A DNA stretch of 64,000 nucleotides, taken from Fistulifera solaris. Lineage: Eukaryota. Shown piece after piece: positions 1-11,280 of this stretch. The number at the start of each line of letters is the position of its first letter. Positions within the stretch are counted from its first letter, which is position 1. The position numbers and the translations under genes are program-made. Below the pieces are notes generated by a model. That model saw only the letters and a list, made by a program, of their open reading frames with translations, made no database searches and was not told the origin of the DNA. The stretch is from assembly GCA_030295235.1 (NCBI GenBank), contig AP026162.1, forward strand, positions 806,001 to 870,000. Reading direction: 5' to 3'.

Positions 1-54
1 AAGCATTTGAGATCCTTTCATTCGAAATAGAACGTCGCATGACTTTCGACTTAC

Positions 55-351
55 CTCGGCGCCAACCGAAATCTTGTCGCCGACTGCGCTTTGGACTGCC
101 TCAATGAAAGGAAAAGGAACGAATAATGAAACATCTCCTGGAGATCCTGGGGAAACCGATGCAGCAATATCTGTCGCCAACTTCACCGCCTCCGCCTTTG
201 TTTCCGGATTCAATTTCCAATTTCCGGCAATAAATGGTTTCCGATTGGCTAGTAACTCCATCGGTAGCCGGAAGGCGTCATTCTTCGGCATAAAAGCCTG
301 AGATTGGCCAGCAAGAAGCAATAGTGATAGTGATCCGCAATAAAATTTCAT
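55..351 (-). CDS. TPI: Plastid-targeted triosephosphate isomerase, exon 1; the gene continues past the left edge of the window
   Basis: Manual translation (not in the ORF track): MKFYCGSLSLLLLAGQSQA-FMPKNDAFRLPMELLANRKPFIAGNWKLNPETKAEAVKLA...VGAE. Contains the TIM N-terminal RKPFIAGNWK motif and a signal peptide with an ASAFAP-like SQA-F cleavage site. A GTAAGT donor follows at 54. Confidence 0.92.
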
Positions 352-473
352 TGTTTACGGTAAATGTTTCAATTTCCGATGAATGACAACAGGAGAACCT
401 TGAGTGGTTTGAATCTCTTTCTTGTTCGAGTTCGGCTCGAAAGGCCGACGAAGGTGAGAAGGGAATGCAATGA

Positions 474-535
474 TGACGTGTGACCAGTGACGCAGGCGTG
501 TAGTGATTTGTACTCTTGAGATCACAGTGACGTCA
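474..535. promoter_or_regulatory. Cluster of three bZIP/CCRE-type motifs: TGACGT 474-479, TGACGC 488-493, TGACGTCA 528-535
   Basis: Motifs read directly from the divergent intergenic region, 123-184 bp upstream of the TPI ATG. Confidence 0.5.
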
Positions 536-826
536 AATCCAAGTTGTTGCTGTCCGTCCGTCGGACAAACTTCTTCTCCTCCGCTCCGTTCTCCCTCCGC
601 CGCCTGTGCGCCGGTCACGACCATGGCGCCATGGTGGATGAACAAAAAACATAAAGCGTGAAACGCAAGAGCACTATTTTTTGCTCGTGTCAATGCTTTT
701 GCAACCGTCAATATCACAATTGATTCATGTCTTAAGGCGGAACAGATGAGCAAGGGTCTCCTGTGCTCGTAATCGGTTCAGTTATTATATTGTTGCGTCT
801 CGCTGTCGAGAAATACTCAGCAAACG

Positions 827-1171
827 ATGGCGTACGCATCGCGCGGTCGCACTATGGCCGAAGTCGTTTTGGCTGCCATATTCGTCGGCTTTTTAACTGG
901 CTTTGTTGCTGTACTTTGCATTGGAAATTACTTTCGGGCCAAACGAGCAATGGAACGACAGCGGCAGCGTCGATTGGCTTATCTGGCCGCGGGTGGTACT
1001 TTCGATTCACCTCGCAGTAACTATTCGTCGTCCGGAGCGTCGTCCACTGGCGGCGAGCAACAAATGCTTCTAACAAGGCAACAAATGGGGGATCGACGAA
1101 AACGCGGAGACGAAGATTTGCTTATTTTCAACGAGAATTCCAGACCCGCAATGAATCTCATCCGGGTATGA
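827..1171 (+). CDS. Small single-pass membrane protein, function unknown
   Basis: 114 aa ATG ORF with one hydrophobic segment (VVLAAIFVGFLTGFVAVLCIG) followed by a basic stop-transfer stretch. Lies tail-to-tail with the GST gene. Confidence 0.6.
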   Translation: MAYASRGRTMAEVVLAAIFVGFLTGFVAVLCIGNYFRAKRAMERQRQRRLAYLAAGGTFDSPRSNYSSSGASSTGGEQQMLLTRQQMGDRRKRGDEDLLIFNENSRPAMNLIRV

Positions 1172-1270
1172 CGTGTCACATTTTCAAATAATATCATATC
1201 ACACAAATTTGAAAAGCTAATTTTACTAGAATGATAAGAAGATGCATGTCACATCTCTCGTTCCGCGCGA

Positions 1271-2106
1271 CTACATCATCGAGTCACCGGCAAAGGGAGG
1301 GCATCGATCACTCTTAAAGTAACGCTCCAAATTGGGACGATCTTTCATCCAAAGGTAATATTCTTTCAAGGCAGGAACTTCGCATTTATCCCATGCCATA
1401 TCATAGAACTCTGTATTGAATTGAACAACCGATGCATCAAGAACGTGGAACAAAGCAAAGTCGGCGTCTGAAGTGAAAATGACTGTTTAAGTTGACCTGT
1501 TAAAACACAACGCAAAGAAGAAGACCATAACGACACGTACATGTTACATGGTCTCCTCCAGCTACTGGCTTGTGAGAACCACTTTTCTTCACAACTTTGT
1601 TGAAGTGATGAAGATAGATGGGCATCCGCTTCTTGGAAAATTCCTTCGAAGCCTTGTCGCCTTCTTCCTTCTGGTCTTTATACGACATCTTGTCTTCAAC
1701 GGGATGAAAGCTGCGACGTCCTTCCGATATATAGTCCAAGGCATTGAGCATAATACAATCAGCTCGAGCTCGTTCCGCGGCCGATTTCGGTGCATATCCA
1801 AGGTTCTCCCCAAGATAGACCAGACAAGCGGCAACTTGATTGACGATTACTTCGTCTCCCTGCGCGGGACGATGCCAGATCGCCGGAGGGAACAGCAACG
1901 GAAAGGGTGCTACGTCCTGATCGACATCTTCCGGTGTGCCGCGAAACATGTCCATGACGCCCGTGGGTCCGTACAAATTGTCGGAACTATTTTCGTACTC
2001 GACGCCGGCATCTTCGAGCATGAGACGGAGAAATTCGCCGCGACCTTTGAACGAGAGGGGCCCATGATACAAAATGGTCCATTCCGGGGGGAGGGCGTGG
2101 TGTCAT
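1271..2106 (-). CDS. Glutathione S-transferase; 2 exons (intron 1468-1540); apparent +1 indel in a C-run near 2086
   Basis: LYHGPLSFKGRGEFLRLMLEDAG N-terminal motif. Splicing the GT-AG intron restores T-Y-ADFALFHVLD, the GST C-domain capping motif. Ends with RPNLERYFKSDR. Confidence 0.85.
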
Positions 2107-2246
2107 TTTGCAACAAAACAGTAGTCTCGAACGATCGATTGTGACGTTCGAATGAATCTTTCGGAACACTCGGAACATCGCAAAGATCGCGATACGCGGA
2201 ACGCGGACGCGACGAGGGGCGGCAAAAAGGTCGTCCGCCTTTTCTG

Positions 2247-2523
2247 TGTGTCCCGTGTAAGGTGAGATACATCAGTTTATGTGAGTGTAATACTATCTGC
2301 TCTTTGAATCACGAGTTTGAGAGAGGGTCCAGTCTGTCCGTGCGTCCTATGCGACATTTGACGACCGCACTGCGACCTAGACCGGCAACCGAGTACCGTT
2401 GTGAAGTTTCCCTTACACTTTCTGCTTAGATTCGCCTTATTCCTACTATCGAGAATTAGTGTGATCAAAACGTGCTTTTCGGCCAAAAATGCAAGGGCAT
2501 AGCACACGATTTTTTCTCGCATT
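2247..2523 (-). repeat. Dispersed ~270-bp element, copy 1
   Basis: Reverse complement aligns along its whole length with 12385-12656 (e.g. ATGCGAGAAAAAATCGTGTGCTATGCCCTTG...GCACGGACA(G/A)ACTGGACCCTCT...CTTACACGGGACA). Confidence 0.9.
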
Positions 2524-3734
2524 GCTCATCATCTTCAATTTCATGCTATGAGCGACATTTCGAAAGCATGCACGACCATCTTGTCAAACAAATTATCAAT
2601 TACGATGAAAGTAGTATTTAAGGAGACTTGGACGAAAGAGCGCATCGAATTTCGCTTCAGGAGGGGTGAAAATCCTGTCGAATAAGATGGGTGTGCTCAG
2701 TTGCGTTTGTCGTCGCAGACTTTGATCCTTCGTAGATGCCACTCCATTCCACAGCAGTACAAGTACCAACGTATCTTAACCGATATCTTTCAAATTGGAT
2801 TTATTTTTGCAACTAAAGCACGGAGCGAAGCACTATCAAGGACTCGGAATCGCGACGAGTGTACAATTCTGCAGCCGATGACGGATTTCTCGAGGTTCTC
2901 CGACACTCAACATCGACGATATGGTATCACAGTCAAGTGTCATGGTCTTGCGAATGAGTGTACAAACGAGTTATACCGACACGTCACCCATCCCCTCTCT
3001 AGGCGTTCTAGTCGCTCCCTTTTTTCATCGCTTTGTGGATATAGTAGGGACCATAATTTTGACACAAATAGCTAAAATACAAGTGAGCCCCATCGCAACT
3101 TTTCCGTCAGTGCTAAACGCTTGATGAAATAATTCAATATATCTTAACTCAGACGAAATCTTGACAATCTGAGGCTCTTGTCGTAGCTCGTCTCAAGAAA
3201 GATTGGACGAAGTTCATCGAGAAGGACCTTCTCGGAAGTATGAACTCACGGAGAAATTTATTATGGAAGGGCAATTGCCAACAAGGAACGGCTCACCATA
3301 CATTTACATAGTGCAAGAGTGAAGGTATAAAACTAGTTGCGAAAGACAGCAGTCATCCGTTAAGCGCAGCTTCGCGTATCGAGAAAGCTACCGTCTCGCG
3401 CGTCGCAAATAAAAATTTATTTCTTCAGTGCGCCTAATGCTTATTGGGTCTTTCAGGCAACAGATGGTTCATTTTACAGGAAGAAGAAAGAAAAATTCTG
3501 TGACCGATGATACGTAAGGTTTCATCTACACCGCTTTTGTCTTGAATGCGGAATACACAATATAATCAATCCTTGTAATATCCGATGAAGCACTTGGCAA
3601 GGCACCTGGAAAATTGATTGCTTATTGAGCTCCCGTTCGAGCAATCTAAAAAAAGATTGCAGGATTAGAAACAGCTACGGTACCTTTCCAATCATGAATA
3701 CCTCACTCGCTTGTGCTTTTAAACCATCCATGGA

Positions 3735-4375
3735 GAAAACCGTTTCCTATAACCACTGTAAAATCCATTCCTATAGCCGCTGTAAAATCCATACAGCTCT
3801 TTCTTCCCGAACCGTGTAAAAACCAATAGCGTCATCAACCCGAGATCCCTGTCATGTCGTTCCGAGAGAAATATTCACTGTGCTTGCGATGCGGGTGACT
3901 CATTGCTTTTTTTGAGTGTTAGTTGGTGTCCTAAGCCACAGAATTGTAGCTCCACTTATCTCACTTGCAAGCAACAAGCGCACTTTATCGGTCTCTGTTG
4001 ACAAGTCTGACACCGGATTCATTCGTCGCTGCTCCATGCGAACTGCGGACAGAAGGTATGCGTCGTAGAAAATTTCATAAAGAAAACGGTTTCCTATAAC
4101 CGCTGTCAAAGACAACCAGCTCTTCCCCCCGAACCGTGTAGAAGCAGATTGCGCCCATCAACCCGAGATCCCTGTCATGTCGTTCCTAGCGAACTCCCGA
4201 GCGAACTCTTGACTATGTTTGCAAGGCGGGCGTCTCTTTGCTTTATTGAAATGCTAGATGGCGACTTGAGTCACAAAATAGTAGCTCCACGTATCTCACT
4301 TGCAGTCTCTGTTGACAAGTCTTACACCCCATTCGTCGCTGCTCCATGTAAAACTGCGGACATCAGGCATGCGCT
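3735..4375. repeat. Degenerate direct tandem duplication, two copies with ~345-bp period
   Basis: Shared blocks: GTTTCCTATAACC, CCGAACCGTGTA, CATCAACCCGAGATCCCTGTCATGTCGTTCC (~3833 and ~4166), GTAGCTCCAC.TATCTCACTTGCA, GTCTCTGTTGACAAGTCT, ATTCGTCGCTGCTCCATG. Confidence 0.85.
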
Positions 4376-5364
4376 GTAGTAAGCTCCAACTTTCAACCGA
4401 GCTCCCGTGGGATTATCCATTGCCAGACGAAAATATTTTTTGACGCAAATGAATGAGCGTCAAACCACACCTTACTTGTTTCCCGATTTAAAAAACACAT
4501 TAACAACCTTTGAGCCAAACTTTGAATCAAGAAACAATATCATTGTAATCAGAGACGGTGTCGATATCCTTTGCGAATCCCACGACAAATGTGCTGTTGA
4601 AACTCCCAATACGACACATGCATACAAAAAAAACCCTAACTGGTCATGATATCGGAATATGCTTGATACGAAGCGGCTTCCTTCAAAGTCATCCCTTCAA
4701 AAACAATTTCCGCTTTGTCGCTATCCGTTTCACACATTTCGTCGACTGAATTGACCCATCAAGATAAAACAATGGCGCGTGAAACGATCGAGAGCTCGCT
4801 CGGGTTTGTCAGCGGAGGTCAGACATTTTCTATCATTCGCCGTCGCGAAAAGGAGTTTCGAGCTGAAAACTGGCCCGCCAAAGTCTCTTATTTACAAGTG
4901 TAGGACTTCCATTTTTCTTGATAAGCACCGGCCAATCGCCCAACGTGTCGTCTGAGAGAGCTTGGCGCGCAGATGTCGGGGTTAAATTTACATGTAGCTT
5001 GTCCTGTCTTGAGTGACCTGCCGAACGATGATGGCCACTTATATGCGGAAATTCATTGCCGTGAAGCGATCAAGCTTTATTGTAAGGAAATACGTCCTCT
5101 TGACGATGAATGCTCATTGTAAAGTGCAAAGAATGTCACATTTAGTGACTGTCGCTCGTCGAGCATCGAAGTCGAAATGTCTTCACAATCGGTTAAAAGG
5201 AGATGTTAAACGCCTTTTGCGGGATCCCACGCACCGATATTTTCATCTGTAGAAGGAATGACAGTAACTAGGAAAGAAACGACATGAATTGATGGAATAG
5301 CCTTCAAAAGGTCGCTCAATGACAACAAATGAGCCAAATATTTTTATTTCACGCTTTTTTTCAT

Positions 5365-5584
5365 GGGCAAATGCCTTGCATTTTTGGCCCTGTTTCGACA
5401 CTAGCGTTAATTTGTACGAATTTTGTAGTGTAAGCTTAACTTGTAGACTTGTCTCGTAGCGGTATCGAAACGGCAACAAATGTCGCAGTGTGTTTACAAA
5501 ATTTCATAGTAGGGTGCACGGACAGACTGGATCCTCTTTCGCGGTTCGTGACTAAAGAACGTAAAAATATTTCCCGGGACACAC
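5365..5584 (+). repeat. Dispersed ~270-bp element, diverged copy 2
   Basis: Colinear blocks shared with copies 1 and 3: CCTTGCATTTTTGGCC, ATGTCGCAGTG, GGGTGCACGGACAGACTGGATCCTCTTTC, TCGTGACT and terminal CGGGACAC. Confidence 0.75.
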
Positions 5585-5730
5585 GTGGAGTCTCGTAGGA
5601 AATGTACGTAAACTTGGAAAATATTGACAATCGCCATGCTTTATTCAAGGAGGTCCTTGGATTTATTGACGTTCATTACACATTCTTTTCATTATTTGCT
5701 TTCTTATTTTGATCAAACACTTAATACAAT

Positions 5731-7302
5731 ATGGAGGGGACTTCCACATTAGCCGATGCCCTCCTCGACGATCTCGATGACCTGTCGGATGTCGAGAACG
5801 AACAAAGCTCGGAGGATGCGACATACCACATTCCACCGGATGAGGCAGCTGAGAAAGCGACAGTCTCTCTTGATACAAATGGCTTAGAGGAAAACTTTGT
5901 GCACTCGAAAACTTTGCAGAATCATTTATTAGCGATTCGCTCATCGCCGCCAGCTACCACGAAGGAGGAGAGAGAAAGTGAACACGAAATGATTGTGCAA
6001 TCCAACAAACTGTTATCAAGATTGTCGGATGAATTGGTGGTCGCGCACGGCAATCTTCGGAGAGCGTACGCGCCCAAATTTCCCGAACTCGAAGAGATTC
6101 TTCCCAATCCTATACTGTACACAAAGGCGGTTCGAGTCATTGGAAATGAAACGGATATTGCTAAAGTCAATGATGCTCTCAACGATTTTCTCAACAGCAA
6201 TCAGATCATTACCCTCAGCATTGCGGGCAGCACAACGTCGGGACGGCCTTTAAATGAAACAGAACTAGAGACTCTTTTCTCGGTAGCTGATTCGGTCGAA
6301 GAGATACTCAGTATTCAGGAGGAAATCACACATTTTGTTGAAGCTCGTATGGAGGGATTGGCTCCTAGTATTTGTGCTCTTATCGGGCCCTCTTTAGCGG
6401 CTCGAATGATTGGATTAGCGGGAGGACTGCAGCCTTTTTCGAAGATTCCAGCGTGCAATTTACAAGTTCTAGGACAGCACGTCCGGACGAGCGCGATTCA
6501 GAGCACTCGTGTCTTGTCGAATGCGAAACATCATCAAGGAATTTTAGCGGAATGTGATTTAGTACAAAGATGCCCGATTGCTCTTCAGAAGAAAGCACTT
6601 AAGGCGGTGGCTGCCAAATTAGCATTGGTCGCGCGATGTGATTTTGTCAATGTTGATGCGGGGCGATCGCGAACTGCATCCGCGGGGCACAGCTTCCGAC
6701 ACGAATTAGAACAAAAGTTTGAAAAGTGGCAGGAGCCAGATAAAGCGCAGACGCTGAAAGCACTACCAAAGTAAGTTCTTATGCAATCGTTGGCTCAAAT
6801 AATTGGTAACCGAGGATAGTGTTTGGCTATATTCTTTCTTTAACAACGCTCACACTTTTTTATTTCCAGACCTGATTTGACCACCAGGAAGCGCAGAGGA
6901 GGAAAGCGGATGAGACGCTTAAAAGAACGTTACGAAGAAACTGCATTGATGAAACAAGCAAACACTAGAGCGTTCTCAGCCCAAGCTGGTGAGTATGGAG
7001 ATGACGCCATGGGATTGACAATGGGATTGTTGGGTACATCGGGAGAGGTTGGTACTGGCGGCATACGAAAAACAACAGAGAAGCGAAAGATGAAGCAAGC
7101 AAACACGAAAGCATCACGGAAGCGAGCTGCTCAGATGAATGCCAAGACTACTACCAGTGGCTTGGCAAGTAGTATGGTGTTTACACCGGTGCAAGGAATG
7201 GAGTTGGTGAATCCTGATGCCAATAAGGAACGGGTCGCAGAAGCTAACCGAAAATGGTTTGGTGATAACGCAGGTTTCATGTCAGCTCTGCCCAAAAAGT
7301 AA
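5731..7302 (+). CDS. PRP31: U4/U6.U5 snRNP protein Prp31; intron 6771-6869
   Basis: N-terminal LADALLDDLDDL, Nop domain (YAPKFPELE; AGGLQPFSKIPACNLQVLG), and C-terminal RKRRGGKRMRRLKERY and GLASSMVFTPVQGMELVNP. The GTAAGT...CCAG intron joins ALPK to PDL in frame. Confidence 0.96.
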
Positions 7303-7342
7303 TATTAGTTTTGTTAGATGCACGCCCTAATATAATTCTATT

Positions 7343-9490
7343 TTACAGCGCTTTCAATGTGCCAAACTTTGGTGGTTTCGGTAGCCGGCCGCCACGGATA
7401 GAGTTCCTCTTACGCTTGTCTATCAGTCTCCGCAAACGGAAATCGGACATCTCTTTTGTAATTATTATCTCCCCATCGGCTCCAAGTGGTGGTGATCGAC
7501 TTCCGTCTGAACTGCAAACTTTCCCCCCGAAAGCATTTCGATTCCAGTCGGCTGGAATTGCTTTATTTCCTTCCAGCTCTCGGCAAGACGAGACGACAAT
7601 ATCGATGAATCGATCAGATGGGACAGACTTCTTAAATTCCAATAGAACCGTCTTATTTACCATCCCTGCATCCCGACACAAATCGAAGACTCGTTCTGCA
7701 AATTTCTGTCTCTTGGGCAAGGACAAAATCAGAGACTGGCAAGCTTTTAAAAGCGTCGCAAAGCTACTGGAGTCTGGTGTAATCGCGTGGGAGGAGCGAG
7801 CGACTTGAACAGCGTCCAGTACCTCACCAAGCAGATTCATTCCTTCCGTGTCTGATTGAACGTTCGCAGAGGCACATACTTCGATGAATTCATTCAGTAC
7901 AGCCACTTGATCACGACGTGAATGCGTACAATTCTCTCCGTCTATGTTGCGATAAAAGCGATCCAGAATATCCCTCGCCCGATTCAGTTTATCGCCCATT
8001 GTTCTGTTCTTCAAAAGGCGGAGAACAAGGCAGTAAGTTGCCGCGTTGGGTTTTTCAGGAGACGATGATTGCTCCATTTTACGTAGCAGCTTTTCTGCTT
8101 CTTCCCACCGCTGTCCCTCTACTGTCAAAGCCTCCAGTACGTCATTATAGATTGATGTTGTTGGTCGCACCAGGACCGTCGAACTCTGATTGTGTGCTAC
8201 ATCCATTTCTCCAAGCAATTCGATCACACGATTGACAGCCTGAGTCTGAAACATTCTATCATGTTTTGAGTTGAATGCCTCATGCTTCCACGTTCGAATA
8301 GCGGCCTGGTAGCAGATTGTGTCTGGGACCAAGAACCATTCACCCATTCGCTTTAATACACGGTCCACAAGTTTCCCTAAATCCGCGAGCTCAGGTCTCC
8401 GGGAAGCGGTAACAAGAATAGATCGATAGCAGTCGGTATCAAACTGTACAAACGTGGTTCCTCTATCTAGTGCATGATCCAATAAATTTACGACGGACAT
8501 GGCTTTTTCCGGAGCATGCTGGTCTCTGAAGAACACCCAACAAGAGTGAGACTTTTGCGCACATTTGATCCAATGAAGTCAATGAATACTTACTTGGCGC
8601 GAGTCCACGAGTCGAGTACTATACGATACTCATCAATCGACGGCTCCATATCGCGATTCCCCTCATCCAACAATCGCAGCATGCGCCGCAAAAACCCCGT
8701 CGCGGTAAAGGCGCCTCGTCGCTCCCCACTAAACGCCCAAGCACGTATCATGAGACGGTACGACTCGGCATTCGGACTCGTCATAGTATCGAAAATACTT
8801 TGCGCCCGCGTTCCCCTCCAGTGCTCGTGACTATACGCCCATGTTTGCAGCAGAGCATTGGATGAATCGATCGATGGGGGCAGCTGCTGCCACAGAAATT
8901 GAGCACGCTGAGGAATCCCCCGCAATTCTTTCCGCAAAGATGATCGACGGTGTCCCGCTTGTGCGGTGGAGGCCCAGAGTGCTAAGATTTGATTCGCACT
9001 CGCGATTGCTGCTGGATCATTCTTTTCTTCGGACGTTTTTCCGAAGCGCCGAGGAGACCATTGGGGATACAAACGATCCAGTACCGAGTGCGCACGATGA
9101 GCAGAATCAATCATTTCCGAAAGCTTTGAGTCATTTTTGGTTTCGTCTTCGTGATAAAAAAGCAGATAAATCAGCGTGATATCGTATCCATGCATCAAGT
9201 AAATCGGGGGCGAAAAATTGTTGCTCCTCGACAGACAGTGATTTCCATCGTTCGTGTTCCTGGATTGGTGAAGAACTACTGTTGATACTTCTCTTTAAAT
9301 CATTCTTCAGCGTTGATCGGATATCGTCATTGGTAGCGAGTGAACGCTTGATTGTATTCAAACAATGAAGTCTTGATCGTTCGACGGACCACTTTTGACT
9401 TGTCGTCGACAAAGAAGTCAAGGAACGAGCCGCATGGCTGCATTGTCGCGCTACCTGCGAGCTACTCCGTTGCACAATGTATCGATACAT
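7343..9490 (-). CDS. Pentatricopeptide-repeat-like protein, probably mitochondrial; intron 8526-8593; frameshift at a T/A-run near 9145-9160
   Basis: Arg/Ser-rich N-terminus; PPR-like units (PNAESYRLMIRAWA, PDTICYQAAIRTW, PTTSIYNDVLEAL, PNAATYCLVL, PDSSSFATLLKAC); C-terminal IPADWNRN motif as in diatom PPR proteins. Confidence 0.75.
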
Positions 9491-9830
9491 GCTTTTCCAA
9501 GGAGACTACGCGGACTTGTGGAAAGGACGAATGGCATTTTGATAATAATTGTTGGGGTATTTTTGTTGCACCTATCTTTCATTCATCTTTCCAAAATCGT
9601 CCGACGGCAGACGGCCAGGAGCTTATAGCGGGACGAATAGGACGAAGACGAAGGACGAAGTTAAGTACTCCGTAGTTAAGTATGCGTCGCTCGTCCTTCA
9701 TCCGTTACTCAACATCATTCGCCATCCATTTGCTAGAGACCTATTTTCACAGAAATTCACTTCAATTATTGTTGGCGAGCTTGAGGGCAACAATATAATC
9801 TTAAAGAAGCACTTCCATTCATCAATCAAC

Positions 9831-11216
9831 ATGTCCGACTCCTCCTCTTCATCCGATAGCGACGATGGCGAAAAAGTGCGTATTTCGCTCAAGCTTTCCA
9901 CCAATTGCACCCAGCGCGACTTGGAAGTATCGTCGGAACCGGTCGCCGTTCCGGTCGATGTGACACGCAAAGGACTTTCTGCCATTATCAATCATTTGCT
10001 GGGTCGGAAACTGGTGGATCCGAGTGAAGAAGAAGATGATGATGACAGTAGTAAATTACCTTCCTTGAATTTTGATTTCATTTTGGGGTCGAGTAATAAA
10101 TTGTTGCGAACTTCGGTGGGAAGAGAAGCCCGTCGCCAGGGGCACAATTTCGAGCAAGCCATTACTATTACGTACTTTCCTTCACAACCGGCACCGGAAG
10201 ATCAAGGAGAAAGTGAACCGATGCCGGATTGGATTGGGGCTTTGTCGGCGGTATCCGGAATGGTGTTTGCGGGATGTTATGATGGTTCGTTGCAAGTGCT
10301 GCAGGAAGAAACGATGGAGCCTTTAGTGCCGCGCGTCTTCTCTCATACTGGAGCTATCAAATGTGTTTCCTCTGTAGCACGTAATGATGATTCTTATTAC
10401 GTGGCGACAGGATCTATGGATCATTCCCTCTCGGTGCAGCTCTACCAAGACCAAACATTGCAACAGGTGGCGTCGTGTACAGGAGGTCACAATGCGGCGG
10501 TATCATGTGTTGATTTCGGCAATAGCTCACAGCTAGCTAGTGGGGATTGGGGCGGTGAGGTGTATCTTTGGAATTTGGATCAAGATATTTCAGAACAGGC
10601 GACGGTGAAAAAGGTCAAGAAAGACAAAAGCAATGAAACGGCCTGTGTTGTTCGCTATCTGACACCCACTGGCTCCATGAAAGCACATTCCTCGCAAATC
10701 AGTGGTATTGCCTGGAACAGTCCGGATCAAATGATAACAGGTAGCTGGGATCACAGTATCAAAGTGTGGAATGTGGAACGCCAGGATTGTTTGCTCACGC
10801 TGAACAGTTCCCGGGTTGTCACCTGTCTAGACGCCTCTCGGGTCTCGGCGGCATTGGCTACGGGACATCCGGATTGCACAGTCCGTCTTTGGGATGTTCG
10901 CACGAAATCCGAAACGTCATCCTGGTCCGTGTCCGACAACACCTTCCGTCCCAGTCACAAAGCATGGGTCTCGGCGGTACAGTGGTTCGATGCCTACCAG
11001 TTGGTGACAACGAGTCATGATGGTATGGTGAAATGGTGGGACATTCGATCGTCTCTTCCGTTGCATTCGGTACGCGCCTTTTCCAAGAACAAGGGCCTCG
11101 CACTGTCGGCCACATCTTCGGCCATTTACGTGGGCGGGACGGACAATCGAGTGAAACGCTTACAGATACCACAAAGTGGTATGAACGTACACGAACAAGG
11201 GATAGCTAAACAATAA
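9831..11216 (+). CDS. WDR12: Ribosome biogenesis WD40 protein WDR12/Ytm1
   Basis: N-terminal ubiquitin-like (NLE) domain (GLSAIINHLL, FDFIL..KLLRTS) followed by WD repeats (PDWIGAL, TGSWDHSIKVWNVE, TGHPDCTVRLWDVR, H.AWVSAVQW). First ATG at 9831. Confidence 0.9.
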   Translation: MSDSSSSSDSDDGEKVRISLKLSTNCTQRDLEVSSEPVAVPVDVTRKGLSAIINHLLGRKLVDPSEEEDDDDSSKLPSLNFDFILGSSNKLLRTSVGREARRQGHNFEQAITITYFPSQPAPEDQGESEPMPDWIGALSAVSGMVFAGCYDGSLQVLQEETMEPLVPRVFSHTGAIKCVSSVARNDDSYYVATGSMDHSLSVQLYQDQTLQQVASCTGGHNAAVSCVDFGNSSQLASGDWGGEVYLWNLDQDISEQATVKKVKKDKSNETACVVRYLTPTGSMKAHSSQISGIAWNSPDQMITGSWDHSIKVWNVERQDCLLTLNSSRVVTCLDASRVSAALATGHPDCTVRLWDVRTKSETSSWSVSDNTFRPSHKAWVSAVQWFDAYQLVTTSHDGMVKWWDIRSSLPLHSVRAFSKNKGLALSATSSAIYVGGTDNRVKRLQIPQSGMNVHEQGIAKQ

Positions 11217-11280
11217 TAGAGTCTTCCTTTTCTACTAAGTTTTCAAGCTTATGACTACTTTATGAGGTCGGGTGTAATTA

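Noticed and set aside
74..753. ORF-track calls 74-301 (+) and 355-753 (-)
   Set aside because: The first is antisense to the TPI exon; the second has a non-ATG start and spans the promoter.
2277..2522. Paralogous small ORFs MREKIVCYAL... (also 12385-12597)
   Set aside because: The two copies lose frame relative to each other and the third copy has no such ORF; these are by-products of a non-coding repeat.
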